The notes: generated from the letters alone by a model not told the origin. A stretch of DNA of 64,000 nt from Amphiscolops sp. MND2022 (GCA_964187785.1 OZ076409.1:73224001-73288000); one strand, 5' to 3'. Shown: positions 1 to 13,538, counted from the first letter of the stretch. A program made the numbers and translations.

Positions 1-1469
1 TCAGTCATTTTTCAGACATTCGGTACTTAACTTAGAAAAATTTCGCATCAAAAACCCATATTTGGTAGGGTCGAAATTTGAAATTCAGTTTTTTATGCAA
101 AATTATTAACTCTGACGTAACCAGTGGAGCCCATGATACTCAAAAACACGATTGGGACTGGTATCAGTGGCTCCAATAACATATGAGCCGCGATAAGACG
201 TTATTCAGAGCAAACGCTCTAAATCGAAGTAAACATCTCTGAAGCCTGGGATCACAGTGAAATGTGATATCACCAAAAGTTTACTCTTTTTTGTCAATCA
301 CTATGTACACAGAGTGCGTAGGGTGAGTTTCAGGACTATAATGAGGTTTTTGAAGTAATCGCGCTGCTCAAGGGGTGGTATGAGACTATTTTTTCCCAAA
401 TATACTACTACATTTCCATAAATTTGCAGTCCATTGTCTTGGAAAGATAACTTCACAAAAACAATTTTTCTACTCTATTCAGTTATTAGAATAAAGTTGA
501 ACACTGTGGTTGATCAGAAATGCTCAATTCTTTTGGTTTTTAAAAAATTTCCTTCGCATTCGTTACATTTGTGGAAGGAAGGTTATCAGTAGCTCCAAAA
601 AAACGAAATTTAGCACGAACAGACATGCAACGATGCAAAGCAAAAACGTTTTTACAACTTCCGACATCATTATTTTACCCAAGAAGTTCGAAAATATCAT
701 TCGCAATGCTGTCATTCGCTATATATACGATCGCGGTCAATTTACAAACATTTAGATTTCATTGTTCTGCTTGAAAACCAATTTTTGTCAGGTCGAAATT
801 TTAAATTTTGCCTGGGGAGCAATACCCTTCACGCTGAAGTAAACAGTGGGGGCCAAGTTACTCAAAAACAAGAAAGAGACTGCTACAATATGTCCTAATA
901 ACATATGGACCACGATAGTACGTTTTTCACACAAAAAACTCTCATCCGAAGTAAATATGTTGAAAGCTTTTAATCACCGTGAGAAGTGATTTCATCAAAA
1001 AATAACTCTTTTTTGTCAATCACTATTTACACGGAATTTGTAAAGTTAGTTTGAGTCATGAAATGACGCTTTACCGTAATATGGGTTGCTCAAGGTGTTA
1101 TATAAGACAAAAACTTCCTCTTTTCTACTAGCTTCTTCAAATATTTCAACCCTTTGTCACAATAAGTTAATATTCAAAATCTCTTTGAAATGTATCTTTA
1201 TGTTGGGGTGAAGTCTAAGAACAATAACTATGATCGAAGAATGCTAGTACTGGTGTTTGAACCATGTCCGGATGAACAAATCACAAAATCATCAAAAAAT
1301 TGTTCCCTTTTTTGGTTATTTTGGCAGTACTAAAAATGTTAGCCGATAAATAATTTTTTCGATGGCACCATTGGATTCCTCTCAAAAAGTTGGTTATATG
1401 ACCTGTGTAATAACCCCGTATCTTTTCAATTTAAATATATTTAAAAAGCCAACTATTTTGACCAAAATC

Positions 1470-2760
1470 CTAAAAATCATACCATTTCCTAAAAATTTTC
1501 AAATGCACCCCATTTGACGTATAAGATAAGCACAGAAAACTATCATATACCGATCAACTCTACTCCTATTGTAGATTATTAGAATTTTGTTTAGAATGAA
1601 TTTTGATGAATATTAAAAAAATTTTGAACCCTCCAAAAATGGGCCAAAATTACACGAAAAAATTGACCTTAAAATACCAAAATGTCAAAAAATCATCAAA
1701 ACCCAGGCTTCTTGGGGTTCTATCAACTCCGCGTGGTCCACAGAGTATGCTAAAACAGGTTTTACCCGTTTTTGAGCAATGTGTGAAAAAACCGACATTT
1801 TTGGGAAAGAAAAACATACCATTTCCTAAAAAAATTCAAATGCACGTCATTTGCCGTATTAGAATAGCACAGAAAACTATCACATACCAATCAACTCTAC
1901 TTTCATTGCAGATGAACAGAATTTTGTTTAGAATAAATTTTACCGGATAATAAAAAAAATTGAATCCTTCAAAAATGGGCCAAAAATACACGAAAAAATG
2001 GACCTTAAAAATTTAAAATGTCAAAAAATCATCAAAACAACATCTTCTTGGGGTTCTATCAACTCCACGAGGTCCACAGAGTATGCTAAAACAGGTTTTA
2101 CCCGTTTTTGAGCAATATGTGAAAAAGCCGACATTTTTGGGAAAGAAAAACATACCATTTCCTAAAAAAATTCAAATGCACGCCATTTGCCGTATGAAAA
2201 TAGCACAGAAAACTATCACATACCAATCAACTCTACTTTCATTGCAGATGAACAGAATTTTGTTTAGAATAAACTTTACCGGATAATAAAAAAAATTGAT
2301 TCCTTCTAAAATGGGCCAAAATTACACGAAAAAATGGACCTTAAAATTTTAAAATGTCAAAAAATCATCAAAACCACGGCTTCTTGGGGTTCTATCAACT
2401 CCACGTGGTCCACAGAGTATGCTTAACCCGGTTTTACCCATCTTTGAGCAAAATGTGAAAATACCGACATTTTTGGAAAAGAAAAACATGCCATTTTCTA
2501 ATAAATTTCAAATGCACGCCATTTGCTGTATGAGAATAACACAGAAAGTTGTCACATACCGATCAACTCTACTTCCATTGTAGATTATCAGAAGTTTGTT
2601 TAGAATAAATTTTGAAGGATAATAAAAAAATTTGAATCCATCAAAATTGGGCCAAAATTACACGAAAAAATTGACCTTAAAATATCAAAATATCAAAAAA
2701 TCATCAAAACCACAATTTCTTGGCGTTCTATCAACTCCATATGATACCAAACCAGGTACT
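1470..2760 (+). repeat. Internal tandem repeat, 336-337 bp period (dimer of 168 bp), ~3.8 copies
   Basis: CACAGAAA at 1531, 1868, 2204 and 2540. ATCAACTC at 1553, 1722, 1890, 2058, 2226, 2394, 2562 and 2730. Confidence 0.92.
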
Positions 2761-3030
2761 GCCAATCGTTTGAGTTATAATAAAAAAAAACGTCTTTTTT
2801 GGCAAGAATTCCATACCATAAATAATAATCATGTTCCATATAAGAAGCGAATCATTTGAGATATATACCCTGTTCATTTTTTTAATATTACCGATTATTA
2901 ATTTAATAGATGTTTTGAATGTGAGCTTCCTAAAAGGTTCAGGTGTGATGATACGTAAATAGAACCTTAGTTTCATCGAAATCTCAATTGAATATGTCCA
3001 ATCTTAACCATCAGATAACAAGAAACACTT

Positions 3031-3073
3031 AAGTACATTGCATCTCCCCATCGGGGGAGATGAGAATGTACTT
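3031..3073 (+). other. Bulged hairpin H1 (AAGTACATTC-CATCTCCCC-atcg-GGGGAGATG-A-GAATGTACTT consensus)
   Basis: An inverted repeat with one extra A in the right arm; this copy has one mismatch. Other copies: 7800-7841, 12572-12612, 17325-17367, 24074-24116, 30831-30871, 42714-42756, 46817-46859, 56713-56751. Confidence 0.85.
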
Positions 3074-3893
3074 TCGAGAAGCCAAATACGTCCAACATTC
3101 AAACTTTTGTAACTTTGTATGTAACTCCTGAAACGAAGAAGGAATAAAATTGTTTCTGGTACATACATGAGTCTTTACTTCAGCTTCTATTTCTGCTGAA
3201 CAAAACCATTCGACTCTTTTGCCGGAGTTAAGATCGATTGTTTTACCCAGTGAACAAAGGCATGACTGAAAACGTTTACTACTTTGTTCATAATTTTCCG
3301 GCCTTCCGAAATGATGAAACGTCCACATAACTAAGATAGCAAGTGAATGACTGCGAAATGCACCTTATTAGATGAGGTAAATAACGTGTAAAACTCTCCT
3401 TTATCCTAACATGAGGTTGAGTAATGATCATTTGAGAATAGTTTGATATGTGAATACAATAGTATAAAACAAGTACATTTTATATGAATAACGCCGTGGA
3501 AAGCGTTCAGAAAGGACAGTAGGCTTGTTTGGAACATGTATGTGTGGTGTCCCTTGGTGGCGTTCGCTTAGTGTATATGTCGAGGGGTATTCGAGTTGTT
3601 ATGATAGAATTTACACACAAGTCTTTTGTTTTTTGGTTTTTTTTACAATGTCGTTAAGTACCTGCATTCTATCCCCTTCTCAGAGATGATGTGAAGTTAC
3701 GTTTGCTAAATAAATGTCATCGAAAGATCACACTCCCGACGAAATTAACTATCTTAACACGTGTTTAGAATTTTAAATAAACAACCGTATAACATTTTTA
3801 TATTTCATTGAGTTTGATGAAGTCTTTTGTTCTTCTCACTACTATTTCAACCAATACACATATCCGTTACCATATCACATGTCTCCATTAGTA

Positions 3894-4009
3894 CAACGCC
3901 ACATAGCGTTCCGACGCCCACAGTCTGTGGGCATGCCGAGGCATGCCCTTCGACGACGTATGGCAAATGGAGCCATGCCCGCCGTCTTTACGGCGGTAGC
4001 GGCTAGGTG
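3894..4009 (+). other. Conserved 3'-terminal module plus junction (first of 23 copies)
   Basis: The sequence runs ACAACGCCACATA..CGACGCCCACAGTCTGT-GGGCATGCCGAGGCATGCCC-TTCGACGACGTATG..hairpin..GCTAG|GTG. It is shared by all unit families, including those with dissimilar interiors. Confidence 0.92.
3929..3948. promoter_or_regulatory. 20-bp palindrome matching the p53-family response element (RRRCWWGYYY x2, no spacer); 23 copies
   Basis: GGGCATGCCG|AGGCATGCCC matches 19/20. Copies start at 3929, 8699, 13462, 18222, 20210, 24971, 26962, 31721, 33716, 35703, 37678, 39662, 41656, 42959, 47714, 49711, 51700, 53683, 55669, 56945, 58930, 60913 and 62881. The palindrome is certain; p53 binding is inferred. 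Confidence 0.55.
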
Positions 4010-7000
4010 GGGGGATATATCTCCACTTTTTTTGCGACCGCGGGTAGGGTCCTGTCGGGAGCTTCTATTTACCAAGCTTACGGCGCTATATACTAGAGAA
4101 AATTTTTCCGGCACCGAACTTTTTTTTGAACCATAGGATTTGTACCATTTTTTGCATGCGGCCCTAATTTGGGCATACAAGACGAAGTTCCTGCTGACGT
4201 TAAGCGATGGTTTCATTGTGTAACGAGATATGGCCACTTTTTGGTGCGATTTTTGAGGTATTTTTGAGAAACTTTTTACAAACAGCTCGAATGCAAAAAA
4301 CTGAAAAACTTGTGACAATCAACCTATCACTGGTTTAAACCTTCGATTCTTTGCCCTAGCAATGCACTAGACCCAAAAGATCTAAAACTTTTACATTTTT
4401 CAAAAATTTGACCAAATTGACTCGGGTTTCACTACTATATGTAACCAATGTGACAAAAACACCTCACAAAAAAAATTTTTATTTGCTTAAATTTAGAAAT
4501 CGTGGTATCCATGGTTTCTGTCGGAACCTACTCGCAGCCAAACACTCAACAGTTTGCATCCAATGTGAATATAAAATTTTTTTCGAGGTCATAGGTGTTT
4601 CACAAGGATTTCACAACTTAGTTTCAATTTACAAATTGGTCATTTTCAACATCATATTTCCATCGAGGCATGTCGGATAGAGTCTTATTGCTCACGAACA
4701 GTCCTACTGGCAACGTATTAACCATTTATAGAATTACAAAGTTTTAAAAAAAATTTTTCACCCGTTCTTCAGTCATTTTTCAGACATTCGGAACTTATCT
4801 TAGAAAAATTTCGTCTCAAAAACCCATTTTTTGTCAGGTCGAAAACTCAAATTCAGCTTTTTAAGCACAATTAATAACTCTGACGTAACCAGTGGGGCCC
4901 ATGATACTCAAAACAACGATTGGGGTTGGTACCATTGGCTCAAATAACATATGAGTCGCGATAAGACGTTATTTTTAGCCATACGTCTCAATTGAGGTTA
5001 ACATCTCGCAAGCCAGGGATCTCTGTGAAATGTGATTTCATCAAAAAGTTACCCATTTTCGCCAATTACTATGTGCACAGAGTGCGTAGGGTGAGTTTCA
5101 GCACTATAATGAGGTTTTTGAAGGATTCGGGTTGCTCAAAGGGTGGTATGAGACATTTTTTTCCCATATACTACTGTATTTTCCAAAAATTTTAGCCCAT
5201 TTTCTGGAAAAACTAACTTGACAAAATACTTTCAGTTACTCTATTCGAAGCTTAGAATATAGATGAACACTGTGGTTGATCAGAAACTATTAACTATTTT
5301 GTTTTTAGAAAAAAACTGCCTTGCATGTGTTACATTAGTGGCAGGAAAAATACCAGTAGCTCCAAAAATCAAAAATTTGGACGGACAGACTTCCAATGAT
5401 GCAAAACAAAAACGTTTCAACAACTTCTGACGCCACTTTTTTTACCCAAGAGGTTCGAAAACACCATTAACAATGCTGACATTCGCAATAAATAAGATCG
5501 AGGTCTATTTACTAACACTTAGGTTTTAAATTTTTTTCTCGGAAACCCATTATTGTCAGGTCGCAAATTCAAATTTGGTTTTGGAAGCAATACTTTTCAC
5601 TCTGAAGCAAACCGATGGGCCCAAAATACTCAACAACAACAAAAAGACTATCACCATATGCTCTAATAACATATGAGATGCGACTGTATGTTTTTAACAC
5701 AATAACTCTCATTCTGAAGTAAACATGTTGAAAGCCTTGAATCACCGTGAGAAGTGATTTCATCAAAAAATATTTCTTTTTCGTCAATCACTAAATACAC
5801 AGAACCCGTTGTGTTAGTTTCAGTCGTGAAATGAGGTTCTACCGTAATATCGGTTGCTCAAGGTGTTGTATAAGGCAAAAACTTCCTCTTTTCTACTAAC
5901 TTCTTCAAATACTTCAACCCTTTGTCACACGAAGTTAATATTCAAAATCTCTTTGAATTGTTTCTTAAGGTTGTGGTGAATTGTTAGAACAATTACTATG
6001 ATCGAAGAATGCTAGTATTGGTGTTTGGACCATGTCCGGATGAACAAATCGCAAAATCAAGAAAAAATTGTTTCCTTTTTTGGTTATTTTGGCAGTACTA
6101 AAAATGTTAGCTGATAAATAATTTTTTCGAAGGCACCATTGGATTCCGCTCAAAAAGTTGATTATAAGACATGTGTAATAACCCCGTATCTTTTCAATTT
6201 AAATAAATTTAAAAAGCAAACTTTTTTGACGAAAATCCTAAAAATCATACCATTTCCTAAAAAATTTCAAATGCACTCCATTTGACGTATAAGAATAGCA
6301 CAGAAAACTATCATATACCGATCAACTCTACTCCCATTGTAGACTATTAGAATTTTGTTTTGATTGAATTTTGAAGAATATTAAAAAAATTTGAACCCTC
6401 CAAAAATGGACCAAAATTACACGAAAAAATTGACCTTAAAATTTTAAAATGTCAAAAAATCATCAAAACCACAGCTTCTTGGGGTTCTATCAACTCCACG
6501 TGGTCCACAGAGTACGCTAAAACAGGTTTTACCCGTTTTTGAGCAATATGTGAAAAAGCCGACATTTTTGGGAAAGAAAAACATACCATTTCCTAAAATA
6601 TTTCAAATGCACGCCATTTGCCGTATGAGAATAGCACAGAAAACTATCACATACCGATCAACTCTACTTTCATTGTAGATGATTAGAAGTTAGTTTAAAT
6701 GAAAATTAGACGGATAATAAAAAATTATAAATCCTCCAAAAGTGGGCAAAAATTACACGAAAAAATTGTCCTTAAAATATTAAAATGTCGAAAAATCATC
6801 AAAACCACAGCTTATTGGGGTTCTATCAACTCCACATGGTCCACAGAGTACGCTAAAACAGGTTTTACCCGTTTTTGAGCAATATGTGGAAAAGCCGACA
6901 TTTTTGGGAAAGAAAAACATAACATTTCCTAAAAAAATTCACATGCACGCCATTTGGCGTATAAGAATAGCACAGAAAACTATCATATACCGATCAACTC

Positions 7001-8775
7001 TACTCCTATTGTAGATTATTAGAACTTTGTTTTGAATGAATTTTGATGGATAATAAAAAATTTTGAACCCTCCGAAAATGGGCTAAAATTACACGAAAAA
7101 ATTGACCCTAAAATTTTAAAATGTCTAAAAATCATCAAAACCACAGCTTCTTGAGGTTCTATCAACTCCACATGGCCCACAGAGTATGCCAAACCAGGTT
7201 TTGCGCGTTTTTGAGCAAAATTTAGGAAAGCCGATTTTTTGAGGAAGAAAAACATATCATTTCCTAAAAAACTTCAAATGCACGCCATTTGGCGTATAAC
7301 AATAGCACAGAAAACTATCACATACCAATCAACTCTACTCTTTTTGTAGATTACCAGAAGTTTGCTTAGAATAACTTTTGATGAATATTTATAAATTTTA
7401 AACCCTCCTAATATGGGCCAAAATCACACGGAAAAATTGACCCTAAGTATTAAAATGTCAGATATTCATCAAAACCCCAGCTTCTTGGGGTTCTATCATT
7501 TCCATATGACTTTCAGAGTATACCAAACAAGTTATTAACATTGGGCGATAATTAAAAAGACCAATTTTATTCTGAAGAAAACCATAATATGTTCAATATA
7601 AGAAGTGAATCATTCCACATATATACCCTGTCTAATATTCTAAATTAGCAAAAAAATATATACTTGATGTTTTTCGAATGTGAGCTTCATAAAAGGTTGA
7701 GATGTGATAATACGTAAATGGATTCCAAGTTTCATCGAAAAGTCAATGGAATACGTCCAATCAACTTCAATCTTAACAATTCGATAACAAAAAACACTTA
7801 AGTACATTCCATCTCCCTATCGGGGAGATGAGAATGTACTTTTCAAAAACTAAAAACTTAGATCTTTCTATCTTTTGTAACACTTACTGTAACAGCTGAA
7901 ATGATGAAAGAATAATTATTCTTCTAATAACTTCAAGATTTTTTGCTTCACCTTTTATTTCTGCATAACAAAACCATAAGACATACATATTTTTCGCAGT
8001 TAAGTTCGACTGTATTACCCAGTGAACAAAGGTATGACAGGAAGATTACAAGTTGTCTCAAAACTTTCCCGCCTTCCAAAATCATGAAACGTCTACACAA
8101 CCAAGATAGTAAAGGAATGAATGTGGAATGCATCATTTTAGTTAAAATAAATAACGTGTAGAACTTACCTTTATCTGAAGATGACGTTGATTTATGATCT
8201 TTAGAGGATAGTTCAATTTTTGACCATAATAGTGCGAAACTAATTATTATATGAATAATGGCGTGGAAAGCGTTCAGAAATTGCAGTATTTTCGATTCGA
8301 GCATGTATGCGTGGGTTCCTTTGGTGGCATTAGCTTAGTGTACATGATGGAAGTTTTCGGTCTATTATGATAAAATTTACTCACAAGTCTTTGTTTTTCC
8401 TATTTTCTTATGCCATTAAGTACATTCATTCTATCCCCTTCTCTGGGAATGTACGTTTGCCAAATGACTGTCATCCAAATTTTGCATTCGCGAAGAGTTT
8501 AAAAACATAAACACGTCTTTAGCGTTTCCAAATCACAACCGATTAACATTTTTTAAATTTTTTTTTAATGAAAATTGATAATTTGTTTTGATTTTGGTAT
8601 CTTCTACTTTTATCATCCATCATAACAAGCACCTTACCATGTCTCTCGCTTGTCTTCATTTTACAACGCCACATAGCGTTCCGACTCCCACCGTCTGTGG
8701 GCATGCCGAGGCATGCCCTTCGACGACGTATGCCAACTACTTTTTATATCTACACCCGATTGCGGTAGCGGCTAG
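4007..8775 (+). mobile_element. Unit 1: long class, subfamily C (4769 bp) with divergent 5' leader
   Basis: Bounded by GCTAGGTG junctions. It starts GTGGGGGGATATATCTCC and has 336-bp repeats at ~6240-7520 and H1 at 7800-7841. Confidence 0.75.
6240..7520 (+). repeat. Internal 336-bp tandem repeat (~3.8 copies)
   Basis: Same monomer as 1470-2760 (AAAATCATACCATTTCCTAAAAA...GGGGTTCTATCAACTCCACGTGGTCCACAGAGTA). Confidence 0.88.
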
Positions 8776-11700
8776 GTGGGCGGGGGTAATTCCCCAACAA
8801 AAAAATCGGCCGGCGGGTCGGGTCCTGCCGGCCGTCCAAAATCAAAATCCTCCTAGTAGAAAACGGCATGTCAAACGAGCTATTTTTTTATTTAACCATT
8901 AGAATTTCACCATTTTTTGCATGCGGCCCTGAAATGGCCATACGAGACGAAGTTCCTGCTGACGTTTTGCGATGTAAATGTTTTATAAAAAGTTATGGCC
9001 GATTTGTCATTCACCTAGAAGGGTAAAATGAGGAAAATTTTAACAAAGTCGCTGATAACTCAAAATGTGTTAATTTTTGGACTTTGACTGTGAAACAAGC
9101 TTGGAACCTTCATTTCGTGGCTGTGGCATTGCACTGAACGCAAAAGATGTAAAGTTTTTACATTTTTTGAAAATTTGACATTTTTGAAATTTCTTTCACT
9201 ACTATCAGTATCATATATGTCAAAAACACCTCAGAAAAAAAATTTTATTTGCTTTAACTTGGAAACCTTGGTATCCATGGTTTCTGTCGGAACCTACTCG
9301 CAACCAAACAACCAACAGTTTGCATCCAATGTGAAAATAAAAACTTTTTCTGGGTCATAAGCGTTTCACAAGGATTTCTCAACTTAGTATTAATTTACAA
9401 AATGGTCATTTTGAACACAATATTTTCATCGAGGCTTGTCGGCTATAGCCTTAATGTTCTAGAACGGTCCCACTGGCAACGTAGGAACCATTTATAGTAA
9501 TAGAAAGTTTAAAAAAATATATTTTCACCCTGTCTTCAGTCATTTTTCAGTCATTCGGAACTTAACTTAGAAAAATTTCGACCAAAATACCCATTTTTTG
9601 ACAGATCGAAAATTCAAATTCAACTTTTTAAGCAAAATTATTAACTCTGACGTAACCAGTGGGGCTCATGATACTCAAAAACACGATTGGGACTGGTACC
9701 AATGGCTCCAATATCATATGAGCCGCGATAAGACGTTATTTTGAGCAATACGTCTCAATTGAGGGAAACATCTCGCAAGCCTGGGATCACAGTTAAAAGT
9801 GATTTCGTCAAAAATTTACTCTTTTTCGTCTATCACTATGTACACAGAGTGCGTAGGGTGAGTTTCAGCACTATAATGCGGTTTTTGAAGGAATCGGTCT
9901 GCTCAAGGGGTGGTATGAGACATTTTTTTTTGCATGTAGTACTATATTTCCTAAAACTTTTAGCCCATTATCTCGAAAAGCTCACTTCGCAAATTACTTT
10001 CAGTTACTCTATTCGAAGCTTAGAATATATATGAACACTGTGGTTGATCAGAAACTCTTGACTATTTTGTTTTTGGAAAAAAACTGCCTTGCATGTGTTA
10101 CATTAGTGGCAGGAAAAATACCAGTAGCTCCAAAAATCACAATTTTGGACGGACAGACCTGCAATGATGCAAAGCAAAAACGTTTCAACAACTTCTGGCG
10201 CCACTTTTTTTACCCAAGAGGTTCGAAATTACTATTAACAATGCTGACATTCGCTATATATAAGATCGAGGACAATTTACTAACACTTAGGTTATACATT
10301 TATATCTGAGAAACCATTCTTTGTCAGGTCGCAATTTTAAATTTAGTTTGGGAAGCAATACTTTTCACTCTGAAGCAAACCGTTGGGCCCAAATTACTCA
10401 AAAACTACAAAAAGACTGTCACCAAATGCCCTAATAGCATATGAGATTCGACCGTATGTTTTTAACACAAAAACTCTCATCCGAAGTAAACATGTTGAAA
10501 GCCTTGAATCACCGTGAGAAATGATTTCATCAAAAATATCCCTTTTTCGTCAATCTTTATCTACACAGAACACGTTGTGTCATTTTCAGCCGTGAAATGA
10601 GCTTCTACCGTAATATGGGTTGCTCAAGGTGTTGTATAAGACAAAAACTTCCTCTTTTCTACTATCTTCTTCAAATATTTCAACCCTTTGTCACAAGAAG
10701 TTAATATTCAAAATCTCTTTGAAATGTTTCTTTAGGTTGGTGTGAAGTGTTAGAACAATAATTAAGATCGAAGAATGATAGTATTGGTGTTTGGACCATG
10801 TCCGGATGAACAAATTGCAAAATCATGAAAAATTTCTTACCATTTTTGGTCATTTTGTCAGTACTAAAAATGTTAGCTGAAAAAGAATTTTTTTGATGGC
10901 ACCATTGGATTCCTCTCAAAAAGTTAGCTATATGAACTGTGTAATAACCCCGTATCTTTTCAATTTAAATAATTTTAAAAAGCAAACTTTTTTGACTAAA
11001 ATCCTAAAAATCATACCATTTCCTAAAAAATTTCAAATGCCCCCCATTCGACGTATAAGAATAGCACAGAAAACTATCACATACCGATCGACTCTACTTC
11101 CATTGTAGATTACCAGAATTTTGTTTAGAACAATTTTTGACGGATGCAAAAAAATTTAAACCCTCCAAAAAAGGGCCAAAATTACACGAAAAAATTGACC
11201 TTAAAATTTTAAAATGTCGAAAAATCATCAAAACCACAGCTTCTTGGGGTTCTATCAACTCCACGTGGTCCACAGAGTATGTTAAAACAAGTTTTACCCG
11301 TATTTGAGCAATATGTGAAAAAGCCGACTTTTTTGGGAATGAAAAACATACCATTTCCTAAAAAATTTCAAACGCACCCCATTTGACGTATAAGAATAGC
11401 ACAGAAAACTATCACATACCGATCGACTCTACTTCCATTGTAGGTTACCAGAATCTTGTTTAGAACATTTGTTGACGGATGCAAAAAAAAATAAAACCCT
11501 CCAAAAATGGGCCAAAATTACACGAAAAAATTGACCTTAAATTTTTAAAATGTCAAAAAATCATCAAAACCACAGCTTCTTGGGGTTCTATCAACTCCAC
11601 GTGGTCCACAGAGTATGCTAAAACAGGTTTTACCTGTTTCTGAGCTATATGTGAAAAAACCGACATTTTGGGGAAGAAAAACATACCATTTCCTAAAAAA

Positions 11701-13538
11701 TTTCAAATGCACGCCATTTGCCGTATGAGAATAGCACAGAAAACTATCACATACCGATCAACTCTACTTCTATTGTAGATTATCAGATTTTTGTTTAGAA
11801 CAAATTTTTATGGATATAAAAAATTTTTAAACCCTCCAAAAATGAGCCAAAATAACACGAAAAAATGGACCCTAAATTTTTAAAATGTCAAAAAATTATC
11901 CAAACCACAGCTTCTTGGGGTTCTATCAGCTCCACGTGGTCCACAGAGTATGCTAAAACAGGTTTTGCCCGTTTTTGAGCAGTATATGAAAAAGCCGACA
12001 TTTTTGGGGAAGAAAAACATACCATTTCCTAAATAATTTCAAATGCAGGCAATTTGCCGTATGAGAGTAGCACAGAAAACTATCACACACCGATCAACTC
12101 TACTTCTTTTGTAGATTATCAGAATTATGTTTAGAGTAAAGTTTTATGGATATGAAAAATTTTTATACCCTCCAAAAATGGGCCAAAATGACACGAAAAA
12201 ATTGACCTCAAATTTTTAAAATGTCAAAAAATTATCCAAACCACAGCGTCTTGGCGTTCTATCAACTCCAAATGACCTTCAGAGTATACCAAACCAGGTA
12301 TTGCCAATCTTTTGAGCAATATTTAAAAACACCGACTATTTGGCAAGAACACCATAATATGTTCCATATAAGAAGTGAATCATTCCACATATATACCCGG
12401 TCTAATATTTTCAAATTAGCGATAACATTAATACATGATGTTTTTTGAAAGTGAGCTTCATAAGAGGTTGAGATGTAATAATACGTAAATGGACCCTAAG
12501 TTTCATTGAAATCTCAATGGAATACGTCCAATCAACTTCAATCCTAACTATTATATAACAAGAAACACTTGAGTACATTCCATCTCCCCATCGGGGGAGA
12601 TGAGAATGTACTTTTCAAAAGCCAAAATTTTCGAATTTTAAATCTTTTGTAACATTGTATGTAACTGTTGAAACGATGAACGAATAAAAATGCTTCTAGT
12701 ACCTTCATCAATTTTTGCTTCAGCTCCTATTTCTGCAGAACAAAACCAAAAGACACACTTACAGCAGTTAAGTTCGATTGTATAACTCAGTGAATAAAGG
12801 TATGACTGAGGAAGTTCACAAGTTGTTTCAAAAGTTTCCGGCCTTCCAAAATCATGAAACGTCCACACAACCAAGATAGCAAGTGAAAGAATGCTGAATG
12901 CACCTTATTAGATGAGATAAATAACGTGTGGAACTTGCCATTATCTTAAGATGACGTTGATTTATGATCTTTTAAGGATAGTTCGATATGTGACCACAAT
13001 AGTGGAAAACTTATTACTATTTGAAGAACACCGTGGAAAGCGTTCAGAAAGGACAGTATATTTGTTTCGAGCATGCATGCGTGTGTTCCTTTGGTGACGT
13101 TAGCTTAGTGTACATGACGGAGGTATTCGAGAGATTATGATAGAGTTTACTCACAAGTCTTTGTTTTTTAAAACTTTCTATGCCGTTGAGTACATTCGTA
13201 AGGTACATCCATCCCCTTCTCTGGGAATGTACGTTTGCCAAATGACTGTCATCCAAAATTCGTAATCCGGACGAGTTTAACTACATAAACATGTGATGAG
13301 CGTTTTCTATTCAAAACCGAATAACTTTTTTTTTCTCGAAAATGATGATGGTTTTGATTTTGATGTCTTCTACTTTTATCATCATGCAAACGACCTTACC
13401 ATGTCTCTCTTCTGTCGTCATTTGTACAACGCCACATAGCGTTCCGACGCCCACCGTCTGTGGGCATGCCGAGGCATGCCCTTCGACGACGTATGCCAAA
13501 TGAGCCATACCCGCACTCTGGAGTGCGGTAGCGGCTAG
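8776..13538 (+). mobile_element. Unit 2: long class, subfamily B (4763 bp)
   Basis: Junction-bounded and a near-copy of 27034-31797. 3' hairpin CCGCACTC-tg-GAGTGCGG. Confidence 0.75.
11007..12300 (+). repeat. Internal 336-bp tandem repeat (~3.8 copies)
   Basis: Same monomer as 1470-2760. Confidence 0.88.

Larger units (their letters stand above)
1..4006 (+). mobile_element. Unit 0: long class, subfamily A (5'-truncated by window)
   Basis: Nearly identical to the corresponding parts of 13539-18299 and 43029-47791. It contains the 336-bp internal repeats, hairpin H1 (3031-3073), the palindrome (3929-3948) and the 3' hairpin CCGCCGT-cttt-ACGGCGG followed by TAGCGGCTAG. Confidence 0.75.

Noticed and set aside
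253..280. RAG/Transib RSS-like CACAGTG-12 bp-ACCAAAAGT
   Set aside because: The nonamer matches only 6/9, the heptamer is not conserved among copies (CACTGTG, CTCTGTG, CACAGTT), and it is internal rather than terminal.
1603..2859. Recurring short ORFs (MMNIKKILNPPK..., MLKQVLPVFEQ...) in the 336-bp repeats
   Set aside because: They are lysine-rich translations of A-tract repeats, broken by stops and frameshifts in subfamilies B and C, with no recognisable domain.
3894..4060. tRNA, 5S, snRNA, hammerhead ribozyme or Fanzor/TnpB omegaRNA in the terminal module
   Set aside because: I see no cloverleaf, no Pol III A/B boxes and no CTGANGA...GAAA core, and there is no associated nuclease. An Rfam search would be needed to exclude an unknown RNA.
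3875..4318. ORFs across the terminal module (…VGMPRHALRRR…, …HAEACPSTTY…)
   Set aside because: They are open only because the module is GC-rich. The frame, strand, start and end differ between copies, and many run across junctions into unrelated units.
4007..8775. TIR/MITE or LTR classification of units
   Set aside because: The unit ends are not inverted repeats, no target-site duplications are visible, and there is no TG...CA LTR with PBS/PPT.
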